The notes: generated from the sequence alone by a model not told the origin. 63,109 bases of DNA, filler included, from Piptocephalis cylindrospora (GCA_003614145.1; 7 parts of 7 records of this genome joined end to end with filler, not necessarily neighbours in it), one strand, 5' to 3'. Counted from the first letter of the whole stretch, positions 36,739-49,562 are shown. Numbers and translations: made by a program.

Positions 36739-37413
36739 ATGCAAGTTTCTATCCTCTACGTCACGCTCCTCTTGGCCTTGAGCCTTCCGGATCTCGCCAT
36801 CCCTTACCCTATGGAGCATGAGGGGGGAGAGGGGAGGGAGGGATCGCGCCGACGCTCTTCCACCAGTCATGAGGCCTCCATTCCCATTTTAGTTCCCGCT
36901 AATTACAAGCTAGATAAGGCCCTAATGGATGTATTTATTACCAAGCCTGGCTGTCCCAAGGGCGCATCTATCCCTGATATGGTCGAAAGTTACCAGAAAT
37001 TATCATCCAATCTGGTTAAATCGAGTCCATCCTCCAAAGCGTGGAACTTATTGACGAGGAAGCAAAAGGATTGGGAGCGCCAGACGGTAGAACTCTCTAA
37101 CTGCCTTTTACAAAAGGTCATCGGACATAACCCGCTTGAAATCAAATCTTCCTACCTGCATTGGTCTAAGGTCCTCGAGGTCTTTTGGGAAGTTTACGGA
37201 AAGTCTTTTCTTGAGGAGAATAAGAGTCACATTTACAATGTCCTTTGCTCCAAAGACATTTTCCCAATCCAATCAGACCACCTGGAGATCCCTAAAAGGC
37301 CAATTTTTACCTCTGGGAGTTCTAAGAAAATATACCTAGACGCCTTCCTTTTCAAGAGCTTCAATCTCTTCTGTGAGAATGCGCACAAAGGTCGTCGAGG
37401 TCACCAAGGTTAA
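36739..37413 (+). CDS. Small putative secreted protein (224 aa), paralog of 7242-8861
   Basis: Signal-peptide-like MQVSILYVTLLLALSLPDLA; intronless; TATAAA at ~36588 and CT-rich leader. Confidence 0.8.
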   Translation: MQVSILYVTLLLALSLPDLAIPYPMEHEGGEGREGSRRRSSTSHEASIPILVPANYKLDKALMDVFITKPGCPKGASIPDMVESYQKLSSNLVKSSPSSKAWNLLTRKQKDWERQTVELSNCLLQKVIGHNPLEIKSSYLHWSKVLEVFWEVYGKSFLEENKSHIYNVLCSKDIFPIQSDHLEIPKRPIFTSGSSKKIYLDAFLFKSFNLFCENAHKGRRGHQG

Positions 37414-37983
37414 TCACCATAAAGGATAAAGGCGACTTGTCTACTTCCTTAAAAGTATGCAGCTATTCACTGACTTCTGAATCTGTCTCTCTTCCAATAA
37501 ACTAGAGTTGGAGCACGTTTCTTTAATGAATTATCTTTGCGCCGCTACCTATTATCCTTTCCCGTTGGTTTTAGTGTAATGGTGCTCTTCATCATCGAGA
37601 TCACACTTGCCTCTCTACCAATGTATTTATACGACTGACAAGGGCTAATCATTAAAAACAGCCCCTACCTGTCGCAGCCGCTTGTCAGCAAACACATACA
37701 TGCACTTACATAACAGTGAAAATAGATTGGGAAAATAGGCCAAATTTCATATTATTATTAATTATTCAGCACAGCTTCTCCGCTTGGTGGATATCTGTGG
37801 AAATCAGGAAAAAAAAGAAAGTTTGTCTATCGCTGGGAAGGACGACGAATGACCTCCACCATCAGGATAGAACGGCCATCCTATCCTGACTGTAAACCCC
37901 AAGAATCCGACCTTGACTCTACTCTCTTCCTCCCCTTTCCCCAAACGAACCTTTCCTACGTCCCCTTCTCGTCATCAAGTAAC

Positions 37984-38538
37984 ATGGGTAACCATAAGAA
38001 TGCCGTGAACAGCCGATCGGTCAACCGACTGAAGCGTGCTCGTCAGGCCCGTCAAGCCAAGAAGTGCGCTCGTCTCGCCCGAGGCGTTGTTGGGAAGAGG
38101 GAGGCAGCAGTTCATGCTAACGACAACTTGTCCGAGAAGAAGAAGCGTCTTCTCCTCACAGCTGCCAAGCATGTATGTCTTTTGTGAAGTCAGATGCTGG
38201 TTATCGGGTAGAGTTACCTCTGACATACACTGATACCCTCTGTTCCCCCCCATCCTTTAGGCTATCGCTCGTGAAGCATCCAAAGGCCAGGTAGAGGGGG
38301 AAATCACCATGGCTGGTATGTGTTTTATAGAGAAGAGACAGTGCTTGCTCGCCTCTCCATCTCCTCACTATCGTCATTGTATCCTTATCTCACCTTGTCT
38401 GTCCTTCTAGATGTCACCGAGGAGATGGGCGACTCGATGCCGTCAAAGCGTAAATCCGCTGCCTTCAAAGAAGAGGAGGTGGTGGCCATTGTCAAGACTG
38501 GTCGTGGCACCACCTTGGGCGGCCCATCCCTCGTCTAA
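37984..38538 (+). CDS. ALB1: 60S ribosome biogenesis factor Alb1-like, 3 exons
   Basis: Basic N-terminus MGNHKNAVN, central LSEKKKR, C-terminal GRGTTLGGP resembling yeast Alb1 GQGTTLGGP (from memory); GTATGT...TAG introns. Confidence 0.7.
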
Positions 38539-38783
38539 TCATCACTCCATCTCTTCCCCCATCCTCCTTTCTTGTCGAGAATATACATTACTCTACCATT
38601 TTGGTTTTGATCAGAGATCCTACTATATACTTCTGGGTAGGAGACTGTGCACCAGAGGAATTGGTTAGGACGCATTCAGTGGGTCATCTTTTAAGTATCC
38701 GAGTCTTTTGAGCCCAAGATAGGATATCATAAAATAAAAGAGTATTTGGTGAACAAGGTCTCGCCATCATACGGCTAATGGCC

Positions 38784-41781
38784 CTACTTCATTCCTGTGG
38801 ATTTGTCCGAATCTTCCCGGGCTGTGGGATGAGGGTTTGTCCAAGAAGTTGCTCTAGAAGGTTGGACCATAGACTCCATGTTCATCCAATCCATCGCCAT
38901 CTCCGATGGGATAAATGGCTCGTTCAAGTCCTTGGACCACGCACCCTCACCTCCTTCCTCTTCCACTGTTTCTGAAGGAAGGATCAAATGGGTCTTGCTT
39001 TCCGATCGGGTCAGTCGCTTCCTTGACCCAGATTCTGCTATAGATGGTGGGAAATGGTCTGATGACTGGCTTCGGCCTAGGCTTTGTCGAATGATTCCAG
39101 GTATCCACCTACTCCCTCGATTGGAATGGGAGGACATACTGCCACGTTCCTTATTTCCACGCTCCTCCTCCTCATCATCATCGGCTAACCGCCTTCGTCT
39201 AAAGAGCCGATTACGGCGTAGGTTGGATACTCCTCTGGAGCCGCTCCCACCAGATCCTGATCCAGGCATCATACGATCTTTGGAGATGTCCGGGTTAACC
39301 TCCGTTTCCCAGAATCTCCCCACGACTTCCTCAGCCTCGGGGTGAATGGTGACTATGTCCAGGGGAGAAGAGGAGGCGGGTTGGAAAAAATCCATGTCAA
39401 TGTAGCCTCTGTCGACTTCAGCGGACTGACGGGCACCGCCGATCCCGGCAGTATCGGGCCCTGTGGCCTCCTCAGTCCACCGCATCACTGCATCCCTCTT
39501 CCCTTCTTCCTGGGCATACTTGTATGCTGGCTTCAGCCACCGCTTAGCCATCCACCAGGCCACGAGGGAGATAAAGGGGAGAGGAAGGATGGCCGCTGCC
39601 TTTGGGGACAGCTGACTCCAGATGTGACGAACACCTCCAGGCGCACTGGTCCCCTTTTTACCGTCCGTCAGAGGGTCGGATAGCTCGGCTACTTGGATAG
39701 CAGCAACGGCAAAGAATTGCCCCAGGACGGTGGCAAAGACAATGCGGTTAAAGACGGTGGGCCAAACCCTCCCATCTGTTTCGACGGAGGAGGTGTACAC
39801 ATACATTAGTTGGTACTTGTACACCAGGACAGATAATGCAAAATTGAGAGTGGTGATAAGGAGGATGAGGGGGGAGACGATGGAGTACATCAGGGCAATT
39901 TGCAGGAGGAAGAGATGGGCGGCGTAAAGAATAGGGTAAGGGAAATCGGCAGGACCTGTACTTTCCCCCTCTTCCCTCGGCGTTAGATTGCGCTTCAGGA
40001 TACGCCGGAGCCATCGGAAAAACAACCCAATTACCTGGGCTAGCTCAGCCAAGACCAGGACACATCGTAGGCCGATGAAGCTGATCCAAAAGTACGAGGC
40101 ATGCACAAGCCCCGCTACAACGTGTATGGCCACCCAGTCACTCAGGACCTTGCCTAGGTTGGACGCTACGGAAGTAGTAACTATCTGCCAAAGTGCACTG
40201 AGCATGGAGGCGGACATGACAACTATGTTGTTGACTAGGAAAAAGAGGAGGAGCTTTTTCATCACCGATCGACCCAAGCCACTGCGGGTAGGGGTTCCTT
40301 GGTAAAGCCCGACAAAGGAGATAATGGTGGGGAGGCACAGGGTGAAAAGCGCGTAGAGGACGGGGGAGACACTGGACTGGATGATCCCGAGAAGTGCCGC
40401 GTGCTCCTTCATCCCCTTACGTGTGCTGACCACACTAGCCAAATTAGCGAGAGCGCTGACCCATCCAACAACGAACATGGCCACCAAGACAATGCCCACC
40501 AGAACAACATTTCCAGTTAACCTTCGTGAGGTACGCTCCATTCGATGGATCACGAGATTGGACCAAATGACATCAGCGGGGGGAGGAGCAAGCATGGCCT
40601 CGGGATACAAGTCAGGCTGGGCCCGATGGGTGGGCAGTTGTAGGAATGCCCGGAGGTACCGAGCAGATTCCCGGGCCCTTCCCGAATTCTGAAAGACGAG
40701 GAACCCTAGAGAGGAGGGCTGGTGGGTTAAGAACTGCTCTCGAGATTCTTTAATTTCCGCTTCTAGATCTCCAATTATCTGGTGATAGTAGGAGATGGCA
40801 TCGACTTTGGTAGAAAATGGATTCCAGGAAGTCCGAGTCTGGGGCCTTTTTTTCGGGAGATGATGCGGATCTACGCTTTGGAAACTGGGTGTGAGAATGG
40901 AACTCTCCAACCTCAACCCCTCAATGGAAGAGATAATTACCCCGGAGATACTGGCAAAGAACACCTTCCAGTTTCCGCACCATCTCACGGTGCTTTTCCA
41001 GTAGATGAGGAAGGTGGCCCATTTTTCTACCAATGACGATGGTCAGGCCACTACAATCCATTCCCCATTTCTTTAGAGCGGCATAAAGGGAACCTTCATG
41101 CCGGAGAAACTTGGGAATGTGAGTAAGGAGGATGGTACGGTGGTGTAAGGGGGAAGTTGTGGAGGATACATGGGTGAACCACCGTCTTCGCAGATGAATT
41201 TGCCTTCGGTACAGCTGGTAGACTCCGGCATAAATGATAAAGGAAATGGCCCAGGACATGGCGACGTGAGCCCAATGAAGATGAGTGGAGCTTGGATCCG
41301 TAGATCCAAGGGAAATGTCTTCTAAGGAAAATCTCGCATCATCCGACCCTACATGACCCGTCTCTCTTAACGCTTTTTTTAAGGAAGAGGATGCGGAAGC
41401 ATTGATGGGGAGAAGGATAGGGAGAAGGAGAAGAGAGAGAAGGAAGAGGAGGTACATACAACCTCGAAGAAATGTGAGGTAAGTGGTAGCATCCATGCCC
41501 AGACGAATGAGAAGTTCTTCATCATCCGTCTTAATGACAGGACGAAGCCATGAGAAGAGACCGGTAGGCAATTGGGGAACCGCCTTTTCCGGAGGTACAT
41601 GCTTGAGCCGTAGTGCATAAATATCTTGTCGCTTAGGGCGAAGACAGGAAAAGCAAAGAATGGCTACGGTGCCAAGAAGAGTAGCGAGAAGAAGATGGAT
41701 ACTCGACCCTTGAGTGAGGACGGCGGAGGACTGAAGAGCCGAGACGTCCTCTGATGGATCATTCCCAGGGGTCCCACTCAT
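38784..41781 (-). CDS. OSCA/TMEM63 (Csc1/Rsn1/Phm7 family) stress-gated cation channel, one intron at ~40871-40940
   Basis: RLGMDATTYLTFLR, RTILLTHIPK, KVDAISYY, LAPPPADVIWSNL, YSIVSPLIL...YKYQLMYVY...ETDGRVW. Confidence 0.92.
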
Positions 41782-44254
41782 CTTTCATAGGAAAGTAAAG
41801 CGAGGTCAGTTGTGCTGATGGAAGGGAGGGAGGGACACTTTGAGATAAACACGAATGGGCCAGCCACGACTAGATGGATGGAGAATGCAATCCCTCTACG
41901 AATCCCAGGATTCTGTGCGGAATGAAGATGGATAGGGTATACCGGGAGAAAGCCAGTACTTTGGCCCGCGTTTAGAAAAGCCGCGAAGGACGTCCAAGAC
42001 CAAGTAATACGTAGATAATGCTCCGAAATGGACCAGTATGAAGTCGGAGAAATGAAAATGGTAGGGAGCAGCCAAGCTGATGTACTGATGAGAATAGGGA
42101 TGAGAGTGGGATGAAGCGGGAAGCGGATGAAGGATGGACGGACTGGACAGAAAAAGGAAAGAACGCAGAGAACGGAAAAATAATGACGGAGAGAGAATCA
42201 ATGAACGCTAGAAGATAGGGAGTCCGCCTGATGTCCCTTTTTTTGTCCTTGCCTTCCCAAGCTGATGGGCAAGGGATGAGGACCAGGGTGCCCTGGAGTC
42301 CCTTTGTTACACACATACAATTGGTGTGCCAAAGGCAGGGGAACATTAGATAGGATCAGGGGAGAAGAAACTCAAGGTCCGATCCTGATAGCGGAGTTTC
42401 ATTCATAAAGATAGAGAGGAACCAACTGTAGAGTCTGGCTTGGGCGATGAAGCGGAGTCAGCGCGCTGGCTGGAGGCACCTTGGAAAATTGAAGTTTGTC
42501 AGAAAAGGCAATGCAAGGGGGATAGTCGAGGGCCCCCCGTCCGGACGGTGATACTGAGTACATCTGGGTGAGGGCAACCATGTATGAACATGATAAAATG
42601 GAATCAGAAAGACAAGGCACTTGGACCAACCAGACAACCCAGTGCCTTGACTTGTCATCATTGAACAGTCGCCCACAACTATATCCCATCATACCTTCTC
42701 TACATTACACCCCTGTTGGTTTGCCAGAATAATGCTGGAAAGGCTGGCATTTGGATGATAAAACGGACGATCCAAGGGTTATACGCCAATGACCCCTATC
42801 CTCTTCTCCTAGCAGGTCATTTTATATTTAGTACACAACGATTATAAACAGAGTTGAGAATTTAGTATCCCGGTTTCATTCTTAAGCCACTCGGTGATCC
42901 ATGTCTTCTATGCCTTGGCATGATTAGACGAACATGTTGCGTTCGCATGCGCTTGCACCTTGCTTTGGAGAAAACACAGGAAATCCTATCAGTTGCCTTG
43001 CTCGACTATCCCCTGAGAACAACCCAGAAAGTATTATTATCCCCCTTACTTGATTGTCCCGTAGATCATTACTACCATACTTTTCATGGCTTCAAGTAGC
43101 ATTTAAGCACGGGCATTTCCTCAGTGCTATCTGTAAATTATTGTATTATCATTCCAGCCTTCAAGTAACTATCCTACCTCACAAATCCTTGCTTGCAAGA
43201 GGACTGAAGATAGAAAATTAGGGCATTAGCATTCAACAACAAATACCTGCCTGCCCACTATTTGCTACTACTATCACCACCTGTCACAACCTTGACTGAC
43301 TTGAAAACCCTTTTTATTTTACTCATTTTGACGAACGCCGCCTGCTGTTGCGTAGCTGGATGGCAGTGATGATGTCGCTCGGTAGGCCGGTGTGTGGCGA
43401 GTAGGGCTGAGTAAGCCAACATGGCTGGGCGGTGTCAGTGGAGCTACGTATGAAAGAAGTCTATGTAAGGGATTGGTCTGAGAGGCCGCTTCAATAGGCA
43501 TTGATGCGACGACGGGCCACATAACGGATGATGGTGATATATAAGGCTGAGCGCGTAGCGCCCAGGAAGATGGGCCAGGGGCGTGGGAGAGGTTCGATCC
43601 TTCCCTTTTCCTTTCATCAGTATACTCTTATTCTCGTCCAGTTCCCCTTCTCTTTTCCCTCTCTGATTTATACTGTGTTTACACTCTAGTAGTAGTGTTC
43701 TGTCGATCCCATACTCATCTCCCCACATCATATCACCCGGCACAGCAATTGTCTCTCGGACTGACCTCCCCCCAGTCAAATCAATCACACCCGCAAATTT
43801 CGGCGGAATCAAGCACAGAAAAACTATCCAACACTGCCACAGCCTAAAATTACATCTTTGAAAATGCCCACAAATTTGGGGATGGCGCACATTTCAGTGT
43901 GTATTCGTACACTAGTAATAATAGGTGGGGGGACTCGCCATTGGGCAGTGGATTGAGTGGCCTGATGAGCCGACTTGACTGACCATTGGCCGGGGTCAGC
44001 CAAACTCGCCTGATCCTCCCCCATCACCCTACAGCTTTCGATGGTGGGGTGAGAGTAACGATAGACGCAGTCCTTCCTGGCTGGACTGGCGAACACAAGT
44101 AGATAATACAGCGGCATGCAAAATTCCCTACCCCCTTATCCTCTCGTCCTTCCTCCATCCTTCCTCCACTCTCACCCCCGCTTCCTTTCTTCCTTGATTC
44201 CGCGTTAATTATCCATCCTTTTGCTTCTATTCCCTCCCTCTTGCCCAAGATACC

Positions 44255-45085
44255 ATGTCGTTTATCAAACAGGATCCTGAGCAGGCAGCTGGGGATTATA
44301 CAACGTCAAGTAGTACTTCTCCCCATACCACCGTCGAATCCCCCGAATCAATGGGTTCCAGTGCTTCAGGCGATTTTTTCACTGATCTCAGCGCCTCTTC
44401 GGCGTTGGACCCTCTCTTTTCCACAGTCGACGTGGATCTTTCCTCCCTTCTTCCATCCTTGAACTTTCCCTCGGCTCCTGCCTCCTCTGCTCCCATGCAC
44501 GCTTCCGCATCCGAACCCCAGGATCATTTTCTTTCGGAGATGCTCCAATCCAACCTTTTCTCCCTACCCTCCTCCACTGATGGTGAGCTCGCCCCGGAGG
44601 CCAATACCCACCTCTCACCTGATCGAACTCCCTCCCCATACACGTCACCTCTGAGCCATGGGAAGAGGAAGTACTCGACCCCTTCACCTTTCGCCTTGCT
44701 ACCTACTGCTACCACATCGAGTTATCCGGGGCCGCGAACACCAGCTCCACCCTTGACCCCAGAGCATGTACCGGTTTCTCCCGAAGGCTATAAGAGACCT
44801 CGCCCCTCACCCCTGGACTTTGGGGCTTCGGCAGAAGCTTCTGGGAACCTCGGGCACCATTTCGCCTCCCCCTTTCCCACTCCTGGCCTGGTTCAGAATG
44901 TGTCCTCTGCACCTCCAACCTCTACGGCTGATATTGCCTCACTGATGCCGGCTTTCAGTGAGGAATTGATCAATGCTTTGGCTGGCCGTGTACTTGTTGC
45001 TCAACAAAATATGATGGCTGCTGCTGCCTCTTCCTCCTCCTCCTCTTCCCCACAGCCCCCCATAACTGCTCCCGAGGCGCTCCAT
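44255..45085 (+). CDS. N-terminal part of a probable transcription factor (acidic/Ser-Pro-rich), truncated at contig end
   Basis: Open frame to the contig edge; acidic-hydrophobic patches (DFFTDL, DPLF), KRK and KRPR basic clusters; no DNA-binding domain visible. Confidence 0.55.
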
Positions 45086-45185
45086 NNNNNNNNNNNNNNN
45101 NNNNNNNNNNNNNNNNNNNNNNNNNNNNNTTAATTAATTAANNNNNNNNNNNNNNNNNNNNNNNNNNNNNNNNNNNNNNNNNNNN
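45086..45185. other. Artificial contig linker
   Basis: N44-TTAATTAATTAA-N44. Confidence 0.99.
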
Positions 45186-45357
45186 TATAGGTCAAGGCGC
45201 ATCCTTTCCTCAACGCAAGAATTAAAGTATCGGACAATACCCCTCCTAATCTAATTCTGGTTGATTGGTTCATTCATGGCTCTATCAAGTATGCAAGATT
45301 GATCTCTTTTCCTTTATATCTTCTTTTCCCCACAGACACAGGTGGCTAAATATCCGC

Positions 45358-45636
45358 TTATTTCCAAGGACCATTGGTCTTGGTCTTCCGAAGACGGCGT
45401 TGCTTGGACTTGAGGAAAGACTTGAGCTTCCAGGACTTAGACTTGGGGGCTCCGGGTTTCCGGGTAGCAGTGGACTTGAAAGCTACTTGCTGCTGAAGGG
45501 CCATTGGGGAGTAGGTGGTGGTGGAAGGAGGGATGGGGCTGCCCCAGACACTGGTAGGTAGGGCCGTGCGCGGAACCCGGGAAATAAAAGCAGGAGCTGA
45601 TCGGCTCAGCGATAGGATTTTTCCAAGGCCAAACAT
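45358..45636 (-). CDS. Small basic protein with a mitochondrial-type presequence, possibly mitoribosomal (weak bL35m-like)
   Basis: MFGLGKILSLSRS... without acidic residues, then KSWKLKSFLKSKQRRLRKTKTNGPWK. Confidence 0.45.
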   Translation of the reverse strand: MFGLGKILSLSRSAPAFISRVPRTALPTSVWGSPIPPSTTTYSPMALQQQVAFKSTATRKPGAPKSKSWKLKSFLKSKQRRLRKTKTNGPWK

Positions 45637-46017
45637 GATGCTTATGGAGGGGGAGAGGGGATGAAGAAGAAGAAGCTAACCTACTCGACTTATCAAGTTC
45701 CTCTTAGTGTGCCCTCCTAATACCCATATTCTATGGCAAGGATGGACGGGTCTCGCGTGTTGATGAGCAGCCTTTGGAAGATCCGAGGCGGGTGTAAGGG
45801 TAAACGGCCCTCCTCATGAAAAAGAGTCTGGGATGCCCAGTCAGTCAGTCAAAACAAGTTTAAAATTCCGCCTAAAAAAGTAGACGACAGCCCTCAAAAT
45901 TGGATGAAACAGCAAAGGGCAACAAACCTTCCGGAAGCTGTGTCGGATCCGACCGACTCGAGCAGCCAGACCTCCCTATCCTTTTCCTCCTCCCCATCGT
46001 TTCATTCACCCTTGACT

Positions 46018-46910
46018 ATGACCCAGGATACCTCAGACCCCAGAGAGCAGGTAAGGAGGGCGATGATGAGCACAGTATCTTTGATAGAGCCCGTTCCAGA
46101 CTTACTCCTCTCCCTCCTCACCTCACCCGGCTGTGCTTACCCCATCAGCTCAACATTTATCGGGAACCTCAACCAGTCCGGAAGGTAGACGAGACTCCCA
46201 CCCGTCTTCAGCTGGCCGCCAAGGAAACCCGGACCACGGCCCAACAGTACTCTAACCAGGTTCATGTAGGTGGTCTGACTAATGGGGTTGATGGAGATTG
46301 ATCGTCCTGGGGTCCCTCACATCTCTCCTTCTGGTCATATTAGGAACGTTTTCAATATTGGATTAACCGCTGGATCCATTTCGAGGAGCGAGCTGAGCGT
46401 ATGTCTTTCCTCTGCATAATATCCTTCCCTCCCTCCCCTTCTCCCTCACACCAACCTATTTCCCGCTCCCGCGCAGATACCATCAAGTCTCTAAAGCAAC
46501 CAGGGGAACCTTTGATGCCTGGTCTCCTCTACGTAGGAGCTTCAGGGCTTGCATCCCTGATCGTTGCACGTCGTCGTAACATCCTCATCCGAGCCATCCT
46601 CCCTCCCCTGACCACGCTGGCGGCTGCCTCTTACTTTGTCCCACGGGCGACTGATGCCACCCTGGACCTGGTTCGACGGGGCGTGGACCACCCCCAGGTT
46701 CGGGGTCGGGTCGAGCAGCATGCTCCCGAAGTCATCCGTAGCATGGACCTTGCCCGGTCCCACGCTTCCATGACCAAGGACCAGGCCCGGGAATGGAGAG
46801 ATCAAACCGAGGCTAACCTGAATGGCTGGGTGAGTCAGGCGAGGCAAGAGATCAATTCCCTTGGATCGAGGGTTCGGCAGTCCCTGAATACGGAAAGTAA
46901 GAAGGATTGA
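46018..46910 (+). CDS. MICOS subunit Mic26/Mic27 (apolipoprotein O family), 4 exons
   Basis: LNIYREP, ETPTRLQLA, GEPLMPGLLYVGASGLASLIVARRRN...YFVPRA; three GT-AG introns. Confidence 0.82.
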
Positions 46911-47106
46911 TGCTTGGTTGCGAAGTGATAAGGTCAAGGGGAAAAAAGGAGAAAGGAATAGATGCCGTAGGATTGAGATAGTGAGCGTCAAACGTGGCTA
47001 TCCTATTATTATGACGATGAGGATGAAGTGTGTATCTTTCTCGGTCAAAGTGATGAAACTATCTATTATTGCATCAAAGAGCGCCTCTCTCCGTCGTCCT
47101 CGCCAA

Positions 47107-48420
47107 TTAGGCCGGCTGACCACCACGGGTAATATGTAGAGTCAAAGGCCGTTCAGGATGTGCCTTTCCTTGGGTTTGAAACATGGCATGAGCAAATTCA
47201 GCGAGGGGTCGAGTACACCATCGTTGAATCTTCCAGGCCCCCTCAAACCATCCGAGATGTCCGCCTTGCTGAGTCAGAGCCAGTAGGATATAGGGATTGG
47301 CTCGACACTCATCCCAGGGGATGCCCTCAGCACAGGAAATTGGATCGTCCAAAGAGTTGAGGCAGAGGAGGGGTACACGCACCCGCGTGATGTACCGAGA
47401 GCTCGAGGCATCCCGGTAGTAGTCATCCACCGTATCATACTGGAATGCCACTCGAGTGCATCGGTCATCAAACTCGCGGACCGATGTGGATTGATGCAGA
47501 TGATCCACATCAATACCTGGGATCCGTTGGAGCATCTCCTGATGTTGAAGGAAAAGTCTCTTGAGCATCCCAGCCATGACCGGCTGGTAGATGTGTCGAC
47601 CGATAAACCCGCGTTTCAGAGCCAGAGATCCGACAAAGAGATCAAAAGGGTTTCCGACTGACATGGCAAAGCGAAAGGGTGCTTCCTTTCCTTCTTCTCC
47701 GAGATACTAGGGTTTTGGGTAAGCGAGTATGTTTTACGTTGATGCGACACCCACCTGCCTCACACTCACCTTGACAAGCAGATTGGATCCAAGGGAAAAG
47801 CCAACGGCGCCCAGGGGAGCATTGGGGATTAGGGTTTGGATGCGGGCCAGGGCAAGACGAAAATCCTTGGTATAACCTCCATTATACAATTGAGGCGAGG
47901 TAACGGGAGTGTTGGCGCAGCCCCGAAAATTCACCACGACAGCCCGGTACCCAGATCGATGTATGGTCAGGGCTTCCAGGAGGGATCGGACGTATGCCTC
48001 ATGCGATCCTCCTGTCAGGCCATGCAAGACCACGAGACAGGGTGCATCGGGAGCAAGGGTATTTGAGGGGGAGGAGGGCAGGGTTGGGGTCCAATCCAGG
48101 GAAATGGTTCCCCCATCCTCGGGATGCAGGATATCCCGCTCATACAATACCTGGTATCGGTCTTCCCACTGGGTCTTGGAGGCGAAGAAGGTTTGAAGGT
48201 GTCCGGAAAAGAGGAATGGGGTGGGGTGGAACGTGTGCTTTGGATCCCATAGCGAGGGACATCGCGGGGTAAGGTAATCGATCCAGGATTCCTCAATAGT
48301 GCTTGGGGTTCCATCCCGTGGGCTGGTGGGCTCATGAGACACGATTAATGGGTTCTTCGCTCCATGGTGCGATAGCTGTACTGGGGGCGGCTTGACGATG
48401 GACAGGAGCGAGGAGAACAT
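47107..48420 (-). CDS. Alpha/beta hydrolase of the ABHD1/3-Eht1/Eeb1/YheT family
   Basis: SGHLQT, DGGTISLDW, LHGLTGGSHEAYVR, nucleophile GFSLG, LNSLDDPI, GGHLGWF; intron at ~47708-47770. Confidence 0.92.
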
Positions 48421-48840
48421 GTCGCGGCGGGAAGATGGGAAAAGAGAAAAGAACCTGGCCTCGCCCTCCCCTCTGCTCCCATGAATCATGCGAACTGGGT
48501 TTTTAGGTGATGCGGTACGGAACAGGGCCTGGGTCAGGACGCATGGCCCAGCGCGTACAGCCTCATCGGATGTCTCCTTTTCCGCACATCGGGATCCTTA
48601 GATCCGGCAGGAGAGGAGGCTCCACAGACAAGATTGATCTAATCTCACCTCGGAGTATTCTCCTTTCCGGTCGTGGGTAATGGGTGTGGAAGCGGGGATT
48701 AGCGTCATCACTCTGTATGCGTTCATGGCGCCACGAAGCGTTTGAGGCTCGGCGAAAGAGGGATAAGTGCATTCGGAAATCAGCCTCCGTCGCCAATGAC
48801 CTAATTATCTCCTTCCCTCCTCTTTCTTCACTCATCCGTC

Positions 48841-49422
48841 ATGTCGAGCAACAAGGGAAAAGCCCCCATAAACCCCGAAACCTCTCTCTCCGCGTCAGAT
48901 GATGGATCAGGAGGATTCCCTGTTATCCCACGCAAAGACTGTCCTCACGTCAAGGAGGGAATTGAAGAGGATTGGACCCGTGTCCCCGTAGATGGTAAGT
49001 CATTTTCTCTCCTCTCTGTCTATGACCCGGTAACTCCAGTATCACTCACCCATACCAGCCTTTGCTCCTTGTGCACAATGCAGCGAGACAGAGGAGAACT
49101 GGAGGTGTCTAGGCTGTCAGGAAGTTCTGTGCTCCAGGTACCGGAATGCTCATATGGCCGAGCATGCTCAGGGTTCTGGACATCCCTTGGCCATCAGTCA
49201 TGCTGATCTTTCCACCTGGTGCGCCCAGTGTGAGGATTACATTACAGATCCGGTCGGTCTTGATTCAAGAGAGAGAAAAGAGAGAGAGGGGGAGGGGAGG
49301 GGAAACAAGCCATTCATGCAAAGACTAATTCATACATCTCATAGGCCTTAAAACCCATCCAAACAGCCTTATATTTCTCCAAGTTTGGGGAGTTTCCTCC
49401 GGATCAAAGGAAGGCTGATTGA
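48841..49422 (+). CDS. Stand-alone HDAC6-type ZnF-UBP (BUZ) ubiquitin-binding protein, 3 exons
   Basis: Spliced product: FPVIPRKDCPHV...PCAQCSETEENWRCLGCQEVLCSRYRNAHMAEH...HPLAISHADLSTWCAQCEDYI...SKFGEFPP. Confidence 0.85.
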
Positions 49423-49562
49423 TTGATGTGGCATATGTCTTTGTGTGGGAAGAAAGGATGATGCTAGGTGAAATAAAGATCGAGCTCCAAGAAAAGACAA
49501 TTTTCATTGCATCAAGTACACATTCCCGTTGTGAACGGTGCCAACGTCTGATTTTGGCCCAA

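Noticed and set aside
43360..43485. Box C (GTGATGA) with downstream CTGA motifs
   Set aside because: No convincing terminal stem or guide; consistent with chance
43563..43612. tRNA-like or tRNA-Sec-like segment (GGTTCGATCC B-box with acceptor-like pairing)
   Set aside because: Only ~16 nt between the putative acceptor 5' strand and the T-arm; no room for D and anticodon arms
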